A stretch of DNA of 63,995 bases, filler included, from Circinaria calcarea (GCA_051942165.1; 4 parts of 4 records of this genome joined end to end with filler, not necessarily neighbours in it); one strand, 5' to 3'. Positions 1 through 12,755 are shown, counted from the first letter of the whole stretch. Program-made: numbers and translations. The notes: a model not told the origin generated them from the sequence alone.

Positions 1-51
1 ACCATGATCTAATCACTATCCCAATCCCCACACCCATCCTCCATGGAAACT

Positions 52-286
52 CAAATCTCAAGCACAATCTCAATCTCAATCTCAAGCACAATCTCAAGCA
101 CAAGCACAATCCCAATCCCAATCCCAATCTCAATCTCGTTAATTTAAGAAGAAGAGCCTCTTTAAAACTGGTTTTGGGGGGGACGGGATGGGATTGGACT
201 TGCATTTGCACTTGCACTTGCATCTCAGCTCAAACTCAGCTCTACTCAATTAATACTCCACTCACAGGATCGATCGATCGATCGAT
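52..286. repeat. Low-complexity simple repeats at window start
   Basis: Degenerate CAATCT/CAAGCA/CAATCC hexamers (about 52-137), CTTGCA units (about 198-222) and a GATC run (about 268-286). Confidence 0.8.
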
Positions 287-774
287 TTTAACAAAATCTC
301 AATCAATCTCATACGGTAACGTAACATGCTCTCATCTCTAGAGAACATGGCGGGGAGGAGGGTGAAAAAGTGACCAAGTTCCATGTTTAAAAAAACATGC
401 ATTTTTTTCATTTCATTCCCCAAAATCTGCTCTGCTCTGCCCTGCTCTACTCCGCGCTACCCCTTCTTTCTCCAAAGGATACATACACATCCATTCAACG
501 TTCTCAATGCCCCTGCACGACGGCCCCACCTCTCCTTCCTTCTTCGCCACAATTTGAATACCAAGGTTGGATTTCTGTAAACCCCTTATCCGGTCCTATC
601 CCTATTTGCATTGAAAAAAAAAAAACACGCTTGGCTCAGTTTCAGCCGGGGGATAAAACAGAAAAAAATGAAAAATGAAAAAAAAATGAATGCCCAATGC
701 CCCTTTCCTACCATTCATCATCAGTGCCATGCAAAACACCCTTCCAATGCCCCGGCATCAAGTATGCCATAATC

Positions 775-859
775 CAAATGCCACTTCTCGCTCGCTTGAG
801 GAGAAGACAAGACTACAAATGCCGCTTCTCGCTCGTGAGGAGAAGACAAGACTACAAAT
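775..859. repeat. About 40-bp tandem duplication at the 3' end of the Ebp1-like gene
   Basis: caaatgccacttctcgctcgcttgaggagaagacaagacta is followed by caaatgccgcttctcgctcgtgaggagaagacaagacta. Confidence 0.85.
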
Positions 860-3478
860 CCAGCTTCCCTTTCCAGTTAATATCCTCCTTCTGGCACCAT
901 TCCCCCAGGATGCTCCATCCAGCTCGGGCAGCCTCGATCCCGGAACTGATACTGCTGAGCGGAAGGTAAAACTCCCCTCCGAGCGAGCCGACGGTGAGCT
1001 TTTCCTTGGAATGAACCAACGGGGCCCGGGATTTGCGTTTCCAGGAAACGGGGAAGGATTGTTGGAAGTCGTCGACCGAGAGTTCATAGGCTCCCTCGAC
1101 CCACAGCTTTTTCGCAATGTGCACATTTCGGGCCATCTTCTTTTGGAGTTCGTGGTAGTCTTTGGCAATCTCTCGATCCTTAGCCGCGGCCTCTTGACTT
1201 GCAATGTCGTCCGCTGGTATGACCTTCGATTGCTCGAAAAGACTAGCGGGGAGAGGCTGTCGCTCACTGCGTTCCATGTCCAGCGTCCAGATTCTGCTTC
1301 GGACGACGGCTTCCAGTTGAAGGGTTAAACCATGTAGCAGTGTGTAACTCATGGTCTTTGACTTGACGAAATTGATGTATTGAATCAAATTTTGCCAGGC
1401 CGTCACATCACACATCTTGCTTGACATGGTCGATGCTTCATCTGCAGCAGTAAAAGCAAGGATAAAGCACAGGACCGTCTCGATTGCAGTCGCGATACCA
1501 CGCTTCTCCACCCGAGGATCATCCTGAATACTCTTGTCTTTACTCCCAAAGATGTCGTCGGCGTCATGCTTCAATGTTCGACCAAGGTCACTGAGCTTCT
1601 TTTGTTCCGCCCTCCAAGCGTTGACTTCTTCCACGATACCATCAGAGGCAGGCCGGGCGATGGATGATGTGTCAGAAGCAGATCTTCTCTCCTTATTTAC
1701 CCTCTCGACGCTACTCGGAGCTAGGGGTGTGCCATTTCGAACTTGCCCTTGCGGAGTCTTAACGTCTGTTCCGGGAGCTTCCATGTTGCGTGAAGCAACA
1801 CTCTTGATGTCACGGCTCGGAGTAGTGCCTCGAGCTTTCTGTACGGTGTTGTGTTGAGAGAGAGCAGGTGATTTGAAGGGAGGGTGGATCGGTGTGCTAG
1901 ACTTTTGCGATAGGTCTAAGCTGCTAGGAAGTTTCTGACGTTTGTTGTGAGAGATATGGCCATTCGTGTCTTCTTCTACCCTTTTCCGCTTCTCATAAGG
2001 TTTGTTGAGTTTATTTGTTGATTGTCCTGGTTTAGAGCTAGTCTCCTCGTGATGCTTAGAAGGAACTTTCTGCTTCTCTTTCCCAGATTTGAGATCAATC
2101 GGCCCACTCTCCGATTGCACCTTCTCGTCTTTCCGATCACTTTTCGGTGTTACCGAGGAAGCTTCTGCTTTCTTGGCACGTGGCTGCATCCGAAGTATTC
2201 TGCCAAAATTCTTCTGGAGTCTTTTCGGAATCTTCAACTTTACCATCTTACTCACCTTTGGTGGCTTGTCCTTAGCAGCTGTCATAGGTTCCTTTCTCGC
2301 ACTGTTAACTGTACCAGTAGATGGAGCCTTTCCCACGCCGCGAACAGCGGCGGATGGCTCTTCACTATCTCTTTTGGCTGACTGATGCGGTTTCGTATCG
2401 GAAGTATGACTGGGTATTTCAGACCTGATGGCATGGCCAGAGGCTGGTACTTTTCCCTTCGTCTGCGACTTGTTTATGGCAGTGACTGTTTCCTTGGCAG
2501 CCTTTGCCTGATTACTTCCTGGAGACGATGTCTGACGAGAAGAAGATTGGTTATTCAAAGCGGTGGACGTGGATGCGTTCTTCCTGTGTCCAATTGTTCC
2601 TCCCTTTGAAGAGGGAGTAGCCAGGACCCTTGAGAGTTCCTCTTCAACACATTCAGGGAGTGTTGGTGACAGTAGACGTGGGAGGGCCAAGCCCTGAGTA
2701 GAGCTCTTAACAGAAGTGTCTGTAGATATGGAAGGGGGTGGAGGGGGCGAGACTCGGACCTTCTTTAGGGGCGGAAGTACGCCGCGGCCGAAAGGATCTA
2801 TTTCACCCGCATCTTGAACAGTATCGTGTGGTCTAGCCATGGTTAGTCAAGGATTAATACTGGCGAAGAGTGTAAGGAATCTGTAAGTTACCTTTTCGGA
2901 TTTTTTTCCGAAATAGGCGGTGCAGGGTTTGCTGGCTTGCTCGTCTGTAGTGCCGAATTGTTTGTAGCGATTGGAACGTGTTGAGTTCCGTTGCTCTTCG
3001 ACACATCTTTTGTCGCCAACTGACCCCCTGTCTTGTTTTTATAGTCTGAAAAGCTAATCTTCTTGATCGGACCCTGCCCTTGCTGAGGGGTGGTAAGTCC
3101 ACTCTTGGCGCCTGCGGTATGTCTTGCGGTTGCCTCGATCATCTCTCCGTGATCATCATCCCAACCTCCGATCGCTTGAAGGACACCGTCGCTGTGAAGA
3201 TCGCGTGCAACAAAGCTAAGATATTGTAATTGTTCCTCGTGGGCAGCAAATGGAGATCCCCGTTTCCAATCGTCTGCCTGATACGCGTGAAGATTCGGTG
3301 GCTGAGCCAAAGGTGCGGAGATGATGTATGGTGACTTCTGAATGAGATTGTTGCAAAAGTTCTCTAGACGTGCTTCGTATTCTTTATCCTTTTCAATGGC
3401 TTCCAATTCGGCGAGCGAAGTATTCGAGATATTCGAGTCTTCCGGCTTCGAAAGGAGTGCCGCAGACTGTATGGACAT
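852..3478 (-). CDS. Conserved fungal nuclear protein, probably Ell-binding protein Ebp1-like (helical C-terminal domain); 2 exons, about 855 aa
   Basis: ORFs 2888-3478 and 852-2840 join in frame across intron 2833-2891 (GTAACT...CTAAC...TAG), giving NPKR-PHD. The protein has a long Ser/Pro/Lys-rich disordered region with LLSPTLP and a C-terminal domain ending GEWCQKEDINWKGKLDL. The family name is from recall of motifs only. Confidence 0.5.
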
Positions 3479-4360
3479 TGCTCCAATATCGCATGTGCGA
3501 AGATATATCGAGAATGAGATCTCAGCTGAGAGCTAAGAGTCGAGGCAAAAGTGATGCTTGCAGTCGAGCCAGCTGAGCGAAGCTGCAATGGTAACAGAAG
3601 AAATACCGCCGATAATAAAATGCGGTCCGAGTGTGGGTATTGAAGACGAAGAGTCGATGCTGAATTATGCTTTCGACCAGTGAATCTGGAGCTATTGTTC
3701 GGTGAAGGCCATTGTCGGGCTCTCAACCGCCTTTTGCTTATCCCCCGGCCCACACAAACCGACCCGGAACCTTATCGAGCGGCCCTATTGTTTGTTCCCC
3801 AAGCAGTTCAACCTGCAGACTGACTTCTATGCGTTCCCCGCTACATTATCTGGTTTGATTATCGGAAGTGCGCTGGCTGCGGGCGGTAGCTGCAAGTGAG
3901 CTTCATGTAGCTCCGCTACCGCCGGTGGAGCAAAGTGGCAGTATAGCTAGAGGGGTCGGGGTGCCGGGACACACGATTTCACCATTGATAGAGGAGTCCA
4001 ACCCGTCGACAGTGCGAAAGAACAATAGTAAGCAACGCCGGTACTGGTGGAGATGTGCGACTATCGATGTATGAGGTGACGGCGGGCGGGATCACTACTT
4101 CACCCTATGGTACACTAGGACCACAGTCAGAACGCGCTAAACAAGGGCGGCATGCAAGTCACAGGTCAGTCCGAATTTGGAAAGGTGACCGCTCGCCTAT
4201 TGTCGCCGACAAAACCTCTTATGCTTACCTTACCTCCTGTATCGCTTTCGCCGTCGTCCCCTTTGTCATTCTCACCTATCTCACTACTTATATTTAGTCT
4301 CATTACTGTAAACAAAATAACCCGCTGAACTAGAAGCATCTCGGAAGACGGTTTTCTATC

Positions 4361-6793
4361 TCAAAGGTAAAAGGGAAGAGTATTCAAGCTACGGCTTCCC
4401 AGTCTGACGGTGGCATCAACAGGCCTGACGGTAGGCATGTTCCCGAACAAATGTCCCCGTACATGAACGTCAACCTCCCCTTCCACATGATCGCTATCCA
4501 GCAATGGAAACTCCAAGCAATGTGCAACACCAATCCAGATGTCATTTACCGAGATCGTAAAGTGCGAGAATGGTCCGGTGGTAGCACTCCATGGCAACCA
4601 TGCCGGCCACTGTTCACGCGATCCATGCCATTCCCAAACAAGCCTTTTCTGTCTATAAGGAGCATGACCCCGCTCTACCATCTTCAAGTCGCCAAGGCCA
4701 AAGTCGTGCCCTTCCCCCTCAAGGAGTGGCATCTTCACCATAGATAGTCTCGTCAACTCCAGAAGCAGTAATGGCGCTGATGACTCAAAGATCCCACCGC
4801 AGTAGACACCCAGCTCAACAACCTGAAGGCCTGGAGGTTTCGCGTTTACAACGATTTCCATTGTAGTGATACTTGATGGACCATATGGCATTTCATGATG
4901 CTCATACTCAAACTTCGGGACTGTATGAAAATTTGGTGCATAGGCAATGTACAATCCGACGTGGAAGGACCTGCTTATTCTAGGCCTGCCGTACTTGACG
5001 CTGACGAGGTGTGCTTCGCTAGCGTCCATCGCCAATTTATACAGTCGGAGTCGATGCATACTCTCGGATGCCACAGCTGGATTCGTCGCAGGTGAGATTC
5101 CCATGTCTACTTCCCGTTGTGATCCAAGTACCTTGGTGTATATTTGGAGGAACGAGTTAGGGCCTTGACCCGGGGTAAGAGATATATCTGCTCTGTGTTC
5201 CCCATACATGACTCTTATTGGTAGTGTATCAGCAGCTTCCTCCCATTCGGTCATTGAAACTGGCAATAGACTAGGCAGTGGACTTTGAGAGCCTAAGCTT
5301 GGTAGGATCCGACACTACAGATATGTTTAGTAGCACGACCAGATCATAAGGTGTAAGTGCATCGACCTTGTCATCTGCGTCTGTGAGACTCGTAAACGCT
5401 CTTACAAAATCACTCTCAAAGAAGGTTGAAGAACCTGCAGGGAACTCGCATGCATATCGAGTGATGGGATTCGACCTATAATACTCTGTATGGTGCGGTT
5501 TGCCCTTATGGCAATCGCATCCGACCTCGTCTGGCAGAGTTGCTCCCTCCCACAGAGATCGATCAACAGCCTTGGCGACCGAGAAACTTGCTGCTTGCTG
5601 GCGAATTGTAGGGAAATGTTCGTAGACCCATCCTGGAGCGAAGATAGCAGTGGCGAAAGTATTTTCTGCGAGAGTCCTCATTGCCTGATGATTCCCTTGT
5701 TAACTCGGCGATCACGTACAAAGGTTTTTAGGAGGATAGTAGAAAGAGGGTCAGCTGAGACAATAGATATAACAATCGGGAATTAAAGGTACGTTCTAGG
5801 TGAAGTAGATGAGCTTACGAGTCCGATGTTTGTTCCACCGCCGCCATCGGGTGGAAACGTAACTCGTGGAGGACCCGGCATATCTGTGTTTTGTGCCCAT
5901 GCATCTATACCAAAATATGTGTCTTTGGTTCTGATATTGTTTTCTAGTGCAAGCTGTTTGGAACTGTGTAACTTGGCTTCTGTCCACTTATAGTTTGTAA
6001 ACAGAGCGTCTGAAGCTTGAGCGAATACCAGGTTCTTTGGCGTCAACCCATTCTGATATTTAAGCTTATTCTCACTGGTCAGCGCGTCATACCAGATAAC
6101 TTGACACCCTTTAGTTAGGCCCTTCTTCAGCTCTCGAATAAAGTCGACCATGTGCTCGGTGACATTAGTTGAAAACTCCTTCTCAATATTGATTAACCAC
6201 CCATCAAAGCCATAGGTAGTGGCCATGGCAGCTAGGTTCTCGGCAACAGGATATCTGCCATCAATTTTGGCCAAAAGACGGGCAACGTCGGGTGTTTGTG
6301 GTTCCAGAATAAAGGTTCCCAACACCCTGACACCGTTTCGATGTAAGGTATTGGTCCATGTTGGTGGTGGAATACACACAAGTTTATGAGAGAAATAGAT
6401 AAACGTATCGACATACTGAAGGTATTCACAGCAGTAGAGCTGCGACTCCTGTAAGGATGGACGAACACTCTCATAATCATGATAGCCTCCGCTATAGTCA
6501 TGACACAGGAGCACCTTCGACTTGGGAAATGCCTGCCCTTGTACACTGCTTGTTGACCTTTCCAAAATTGGTGTGTTAGCTTGCTGTATTGGGTCGACGG
6601 TAGCTGTACTCCATGCTTCTAGCTCGTCAAAGTTATCAAAGTATGTAAATCCCTTCAGGACATCCCGCAGCCTCTGCGCTAATCGTTCCTCCTTGGACGG
6701 CCCGTTATTAGGTGAGGGTTGAAATATATCCTTTAACCTTTTCCCGATGTGCCAACCTATATTCCGCCAATCGGGAAACTGGAGAGAAGACAT
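4361..6793 (-). CDS. Glycoside hydrolase family 85 endo-beta-N-acetylglucosaminidase (ENGase), 3 exons
   Basis: GH85 motifs LLCHDYSGGY, FIYFSH, HRNGVRVLGT, YGFDGWLINIE, VIWYDA, LFTNYKW and AIFAPGWVYE. Introns at 5685-5818 and about 5315-5366 link the three ORFs; the second junction is less certain. Confidence 0.88.
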
Positions 6794-7236
6794 TGGTCAT
6801 TCGTCTTTTCCAGAAGGGCACAACTGGACTGTAATCTCTGATTAGTGGAGAGCTGGTCCAACTTAAGCCCTTGCCACAGATGTTCGAAAAGGATCTTAAT
6901 TAGGCATTGTTTTCGTGATCTTATCTAATGCATAGCGGGATTTACATTTAGCAAAAGTATATCAAGGCCGCCGGTTCGATCGACCGCTGTCGAATTAGGC
7001 CACGTGAAACGGGTTGACAGCCGCAGCTAGCAGGGTTCTTGTCGATCAGGGACCGCTTTTGGCCTCCGTGTCAACTTCGACTCTGACGATTGGGAAAGAA
7101 ACTATCTTTGTCTTCGTCGATGCCTCATCAACTGCCAAAAGACTGAAATACAATTCAAATCTAGCTGTGTGGGAGATTGTCAATTGGTCGACTAGTTCTG
7201 CTCATTTTTGCGCTTGTCTGGAAATCCACCGCAGCC

Positions 7237-8195
7237 ATGAATATCTTTAGAATACTAGGTGTGTTGAGCAAGCTGCAACCCGTGGTGTCTAGACTGGTAA
7301 CTAAGTGTTGCGCCAATGACAGCGGATCTCTCGCATTTGCTGTCAATTTTGATATTGCTGCAGAAGATGAAGTCTTCAAACGCAAGTTGGTCTATGCATT
7401 TGTGGCGATCAGTACCTAATCCAGCGCATAGAGCTGTTCCGGTATATCGTTCAAATCGCAATTCTTATATCTCCTGGTATATGTTACAAGATATATAGGT
7501 ACGACGCCGTACCGCAACAATCGCCTCGTATACTGCTGACGGTCTTTGAAAACAGACATCTTCTGGACCTTCACCAACTCAGCATGGAACACAACCTTCA
7601 AGCTCCTCTTCCTCGCCTCCTCGGCTTACACTGTGTACCTCATGCTGAACGATTACAAGCCCACGCATGACCCGGGCGTAGATACCCTCAAGGTTGAATA
7701 CTTGCTCGGAGGAAGCGCAATTCTGGCGGTGCTATTCCCGTATGAATACAAATTCACAGAGGTAGGAAATACCGTCAAATCTTCTGCAGGAATAGCAACG
7801 GCAGGATTGCTGATCATGTCAATACACAGATCCTATGGTCATTCTCCATCTGGCTTGAGTCTGTTGCAATCCTCCCACAATTATTCATGCTGCAAAGAAC
7901 TGGCGAAGCGGAAACCATCACCACGCATTACCTCTTCGCTTTAGGAGTATACAGAGCTCTGTACATACCGAATTGGTTCTACCGATACTTTGCAGAGGAT
8001 CACGTGGACCAGATTGCATGGGTAGCCGGCACTCTGCAGACTATCCTGTACTCGGACTTCTTCTGGATTTACTACACGAAGTAAGCCATTCCACGATTTG
8101 CCTTACTTATACTCCTCCTCACCGGAAGCGATGGTTTCTGCTGACACATGATCCACAGGGTGATGCAAGGCAAAAAGTTTAATCTTCCAGTATAG
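7237..8195 (+). CDS. ERD2: ER lumen protein-retaining (HDEL/KDEL) receptor, 6 exons
   Basis: Spliced product reads [48 protein letters not shown]...[45 protein letters not shown]...[26 protein letters not shown]. Intron 7382-7431 uses a GC donor. Confidence 0.97.
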
Positions 8196-10361
8196 AGGTT
8201 TGCTGTCGCGGGCGTCCAGGACCACTTGGCAGTGTCGAGATTTGGGGTTTCTTCCAGTGTACATTAAAAAAGACATTAAAATACCAGAAATGGCGCTACC
8301 CCCTCTTATACAGCAACTGGCATTTCAGATGTTAGAAGCTTCAATTGTCATAGTATTCGTTTGGCCTTTTAAGTCCCCAATCTTAATTGCTTCTCATACC
8401 GGCATTAGATTGTTAGATTCTACAATTTACCTCCAGAAAATTATACTAACCATCGCCAAGACCTAGATCACAAGTCGCATCTGAGTGTAGAAAGTGAGTG
8501 CACTCTTAAAAACCCATCCACAAAGCCCCCCCCCTCCCCTCGCTCCCCTCCCCTCCCCGTCCAACCCCTTCGCCTTCGGCTTCGGGCCGAATTACGCTAA
8601 CGAATTACCGCTAAACAACTGACTCACCTACTCTGTACAGTACAACCTACGCAACAACCGGTATCTCTGCCCACCCCACTATCTAGAAAAAAGGGCGATC
8701 GATCCCATGGTTCGCGCGGGGGTTCGTTCTCTCAGACCCGGGAAAATAAGCTTTTTTTGGGGGGGGTTTTCGACTAGGGAGATTAGCGACCCGGACCCGG
8801 AGCCGGTACGGAGTAAAAAAGTGGGTGAGTGGGTCCTAACGGAAGCGCTAAGCCAAAAGGGGAATAATTTTTCACCTTTGGACGTGTTCTTTTTTGGCGG
8901 GCTTTTTTCCCCTTCGATAGGGAGGGCGTGTGTATGATGAATGGGTATGAAAAATGAGCAACAGATGGGAGTTGTTCTGTTTGAAGCAAAATTGATTCAA
9001 CAATTTTTTTTGCTGTCGCGCGCTACGATGACGATCGAGTATAAAATTTACATTATAAGGAATTTTAGAACGCTCTCAAAAATCCCGGTGCATCACCGTG
9101 CGTTTCGCGCAACTAAGCTTTTTCAACCCCCTCCCCCCCTTGTCGGTTTTTCGTCACCCCCATCGTCCAAGCTCCAAACAGGAGGCATACCAAACTCCTT
9201 TGCCATGGTTCGCACAAACGCCAAAAAACGCCATAAATGCCAGAAGCGGAGCCTATCATCCCTGTTCACTAGCTGGCTGAAGCATTGTGCAGGTGCTTAC
9301 GTCGCCGCTACGCAGTATCGAGCTTCTTTTTCCCCTTGCGCAAAGCTAGTGGTATCTCTCTAGAGCTTCATTGCTTGCCTTTTGCGGGGGAAATCGATGT
9401 CTGCTGGCAGTTCTGCACACGATGAGTAAAGGGAGAGTGCCAACCAACGGCTGCGGTTGCAAAGGCTCTGTGGGTATTTGGAGACTGGTATATTGGAACT
9501 GGATGTCCAAATGCTTTCATGAACGGGGCCGATATTGATCCGGTCCTAGTGATAACGTCTCCGTAGTTTTCCCTCACGGGATAGGTTCGGCTCGCCCGCT
9601 GTGGATGCGTCGGAACGGCTGGCGACTAGTTCGTTCTACGCTTTGGCAATCTCACAAGCTCCCGATGAGCTTCGAGTTTGGTAACAACGGACAGGGGTCT
9701 GCGGCTTAGTCACAAGAGGAATTGTCGGATTCATTTGGTATCGTAGGAGGCACCATAGATGGCGATTTATATGGGGGTTTTTTTGGAGTACAGATCACGT
9801 ACTGATACTTTAGCTGTCGGCAATGGGAACTGTATTGTGAGTAAGAGAGCTATTATCTTCTCTTTTCGTGGGATACAGGAAGGAATACTCAACTGCCTCG
9901 TGGTGGAGCTCTGCTCAAGCTTCCGAACGCGTTACTATTCGAATCTGTCTCCATAGCGCTTTCCGGCTCTCTAGCAGCTGATAGAACGCTTTGTCCCAAA
10001 ACTTAATGGTTCTCTACCCTCTTTTTGCTGGTTCCACTCTACCCTCCAGACACCGTCTCCTCTTTAATGGTATTCCCAAAGGGAGCCAGCCTATCAGCTA
10101 TTCCCCAATGCTGTGGGTCCCATTAAGATCCTGTCTGCGTCTACACCTCGGAGCCTTGCCTCCTGTGTCCCTTGACCGTAGAATGCGAGGCTTGTGAACG
10201 CTGGAGGATAATAAAATGGAGGAGTGCCCCTGTAGCCCAATGATTCTATATTAGCATTATTGTCGTGGTATCAAGTGAGCTACCTCCATGATGATATCTT
10301 GACACTGAGCATCTTTGCCCTTATCCTTTGGTTTGCTTTACCTTTCCTCCCACGTTTAGCA

Positions 10362-11861
10362 ATGGATGCTACCGCCTTTTATTATGGGGCTCCTGCCGAC
10401 ATGGAAAACGATTTGGTGACCGGTAATGCCGCCTTCTTCTCTGACCCCAATGCCATCCTGGATACCACTTTCGATGTACCTTTCGGCTACTCTCAAGTCA
10501 TGACGAATAAGGGCTACCCCGAAGTATATGACCAAGATATAGATCCGGAAACTCTAGCAGAGCTCGATCAGCAGGTGATGACGATGCTCAGGCGGGAAGC
10601 CGAACTGAACCAACCTACGTTCGCACCGACCTTAACAGAGCCCAACAATGGTCCAGCAGCACCCTCCGTGGTAGAAGTTAATGGTTCTGCTGAAGATATG
10701 CACGTCGGCTTTCTTGAAGACGTTACAGGCGAGGAGGGCTTCCCGACGGTAGAAGATACCCGAAGAACGATAGCAGAGGCCCTCGCGAACGTTAAAGGAT
10801 ATGGGGAATCGAAGGAGAAGTTCATGCCTGTCGCCAGCTTTGTCGCTAAGATGAAACGTTGCCTCGAAACCCACCCCCGTAGCTGGCCCGATTTCTCGCC
10901 ACAGCTTAAGCATTGGACGATCACCAAATTCCATTTGGTATGTATATTAACCGAGGGCCCCCTTATCCTTTCGCCTTGCAGTATCATTTTGCTGATAACC
11001 TGTTTCTAGAATGGCGGGCTCGTATATAGAAACGAATCAAACGAGAATGGCCGTTCCGTCCCTGAACATCCGGTACCTGTGCGCGAGGACTGCCATAAAC
11101 ACCTAATCAAAGCTCATAAGGCAGCCAATCATGGCGGAAGGGACCAAACGCAAAAGGCACTCAACGCGGCTGGGGTAGGCAAATTGTAAGTTGACCGGAT
11201 GAGATGTTACTCTTCACCTTTTCAATAGACTTTAAAGCTGACAGCCTTTGACAGCATAAGTAAAGATTTTATCACCAAATGGATCCAGCACTGCCCAACG
11301 TGCAGCACGAAAAACAAGAGCTACGCACCCAGAAAGAAGGGGACCGCCGTGGCCAAAGGGCCCAAGAATGGCATTCGTAAAACGAATGCACAATCAAGGA
11401 AGAAGAAGACAGTGAGGCAACCGTCTCCGGCGCAAGTGCTCTTAATACAAGCCGAAATCCAACCAACGGCGGACTTGCCTTACCTTCCTACATCACCTCC
11501 TGTTCCTGCCGCGTTGCTTTTTCCTGTGGGCCCCCCTCCGTCCGATAATGATGAAGGCTATTCTAGCAGGACGGGCTCCGACATAGCCGAGTTGAGCATG
11601 GGGGACTCCTCCCACATGGCTTACTTCGGCATGGACGGCCTCGGGATGGAAAATCCCAGCATAGGCGGTCCCAGCACGGAGAACCCCATCTTCGGCGATC
11701 TCATGACCGACCGCAGCATGCAGGGCCCCAGCATGCTTGATCCCAGCATAGACAATGCTGACATGTATATCTCGCCGGAGGAATGGGCTTCATGGCAGCT
11801 GATGGTGGGGGGGAGTGTGCTGCCTGAATTTGGGAGCTACGGGGATGAATTCCCCTTATAA
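10362..11861 (+). CDS. Stand-alone integrase-type zinc-binding (H2C2) domain protein, 3 exons
   Basis: Exons 10362-10937, 11010-11185 and 11255-11861 with canonical GTATGT/GTAAGT...AG introns give HKAANHGGRDQTQKALNAAGVGKF-ISKDFITKWIQHCPTC (H-x4-H...CxxC, with the GGRD motif). A basic NLS-like stretch follows. No DDE core is present. Confidence 0.8.
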
Positions 11862-12755
11862 CTCATCAGAGGTAACCTCCGAGTCGGATTTCTCGGGTGA
11901 ACCAGGGTTAGCATCATCAACCTCAGGGGAGGGAGTTCTTGTGTCGATTTTCATGTCTCCAAAAGCAGCATCCTCGGAGTCTGTGGTGGATCTTGACGGG
12001 TCTGATGTTGGTTTTCGTTTGTTGGACCCGTGGAGGGCGGATTGGGGGGAGGAGCCTTTGCTTTGATTAACCTTTGCAGTTGCAAGCAACCTCTGCTGAT
12101 TTCGGATTTTCAATTTTTTAGCATTGAGGAGCTCCCTGAATTTGTATAGCAGCGCATTCTCATGATCCGTTTTCAACCTGCCAAGGTCTTCAAGTTGCTT
12201 ATTCAGTGCCCTGACAAGTTCTCCTTGTTCCTTGACCATAGCTCGCAAGTCGTCGGCCTCTTGCTCTAATGCTTGTGACCTGGCCACTGCGGTGGCGACC
12301 CAAGTGATGGTGTCGATCTCTTGATCCTCGTCTTTCTTCAATACTATCTCACCGAGACGTTGGGTGATGCCGGAAATATTCCTGCGTACAGCAACGATGA
12401 TTTGACCTTCATCAATGGTGGCTACCACCTCTATACTTCCTAAAGTAACACGAGCAGCCCCTTCGATTCGCTGCTGGAGTAAAGTAGCCCGCAGCAGAGT
12501 CTCCCACTCAGCCTCATCTACTGGACTATGCTTAGTTCGAAGACGTTGGATGCGTGTGTTCTTCACTAATATAACCATCAGCCAAACCTGACAGAACGCT
12601 CGAGATTACCTACCGATCGCTACATACGGGCTTATGCCCTCTGTTCCAATCAGCTTAAGATCGAATTCCGCGGGCCCGACAGATATTACATTGACGAGGA
12701 CAAATTTGCTCTCGTCCTCGCCACAAGGTATACGTAGAACATGCTCCGAAGCCAT
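11856..12755 (-). CDS. XRCC4: NHEJ DNA repair protein XRCC4-like, 2 exons
   Basis: Head domain DLKLIGTEGISPY...RRNISGITQRLGEI, then a coiled coil with KFRELLNAKKLKIRNQQRLL (ligase IV-binding-region signature). Intron 12566-12613. Confidence 0.85.

Noticed and set aside
52..137. Hexamer repeats at window start as a telomere
   Set aside because: Units are heterogeneous (CAATCT/CAAGCA/CAATCC), not CCCTAA; this is ordinary low complexity.
8934..10310. Box C/D snoRNA candidates (ATGATGA at about 8934 and 10288; GTGATGA near 40658 and 48619)
   Set aside because: No CTGA D box at a suitable distance with a terminal stem.
10362..11861. Intact LTR retrotransposon
   Set aside because: No RT, RNase H, DDE integrase core, LTRs or PBS; the gene has spliceosomal introns.
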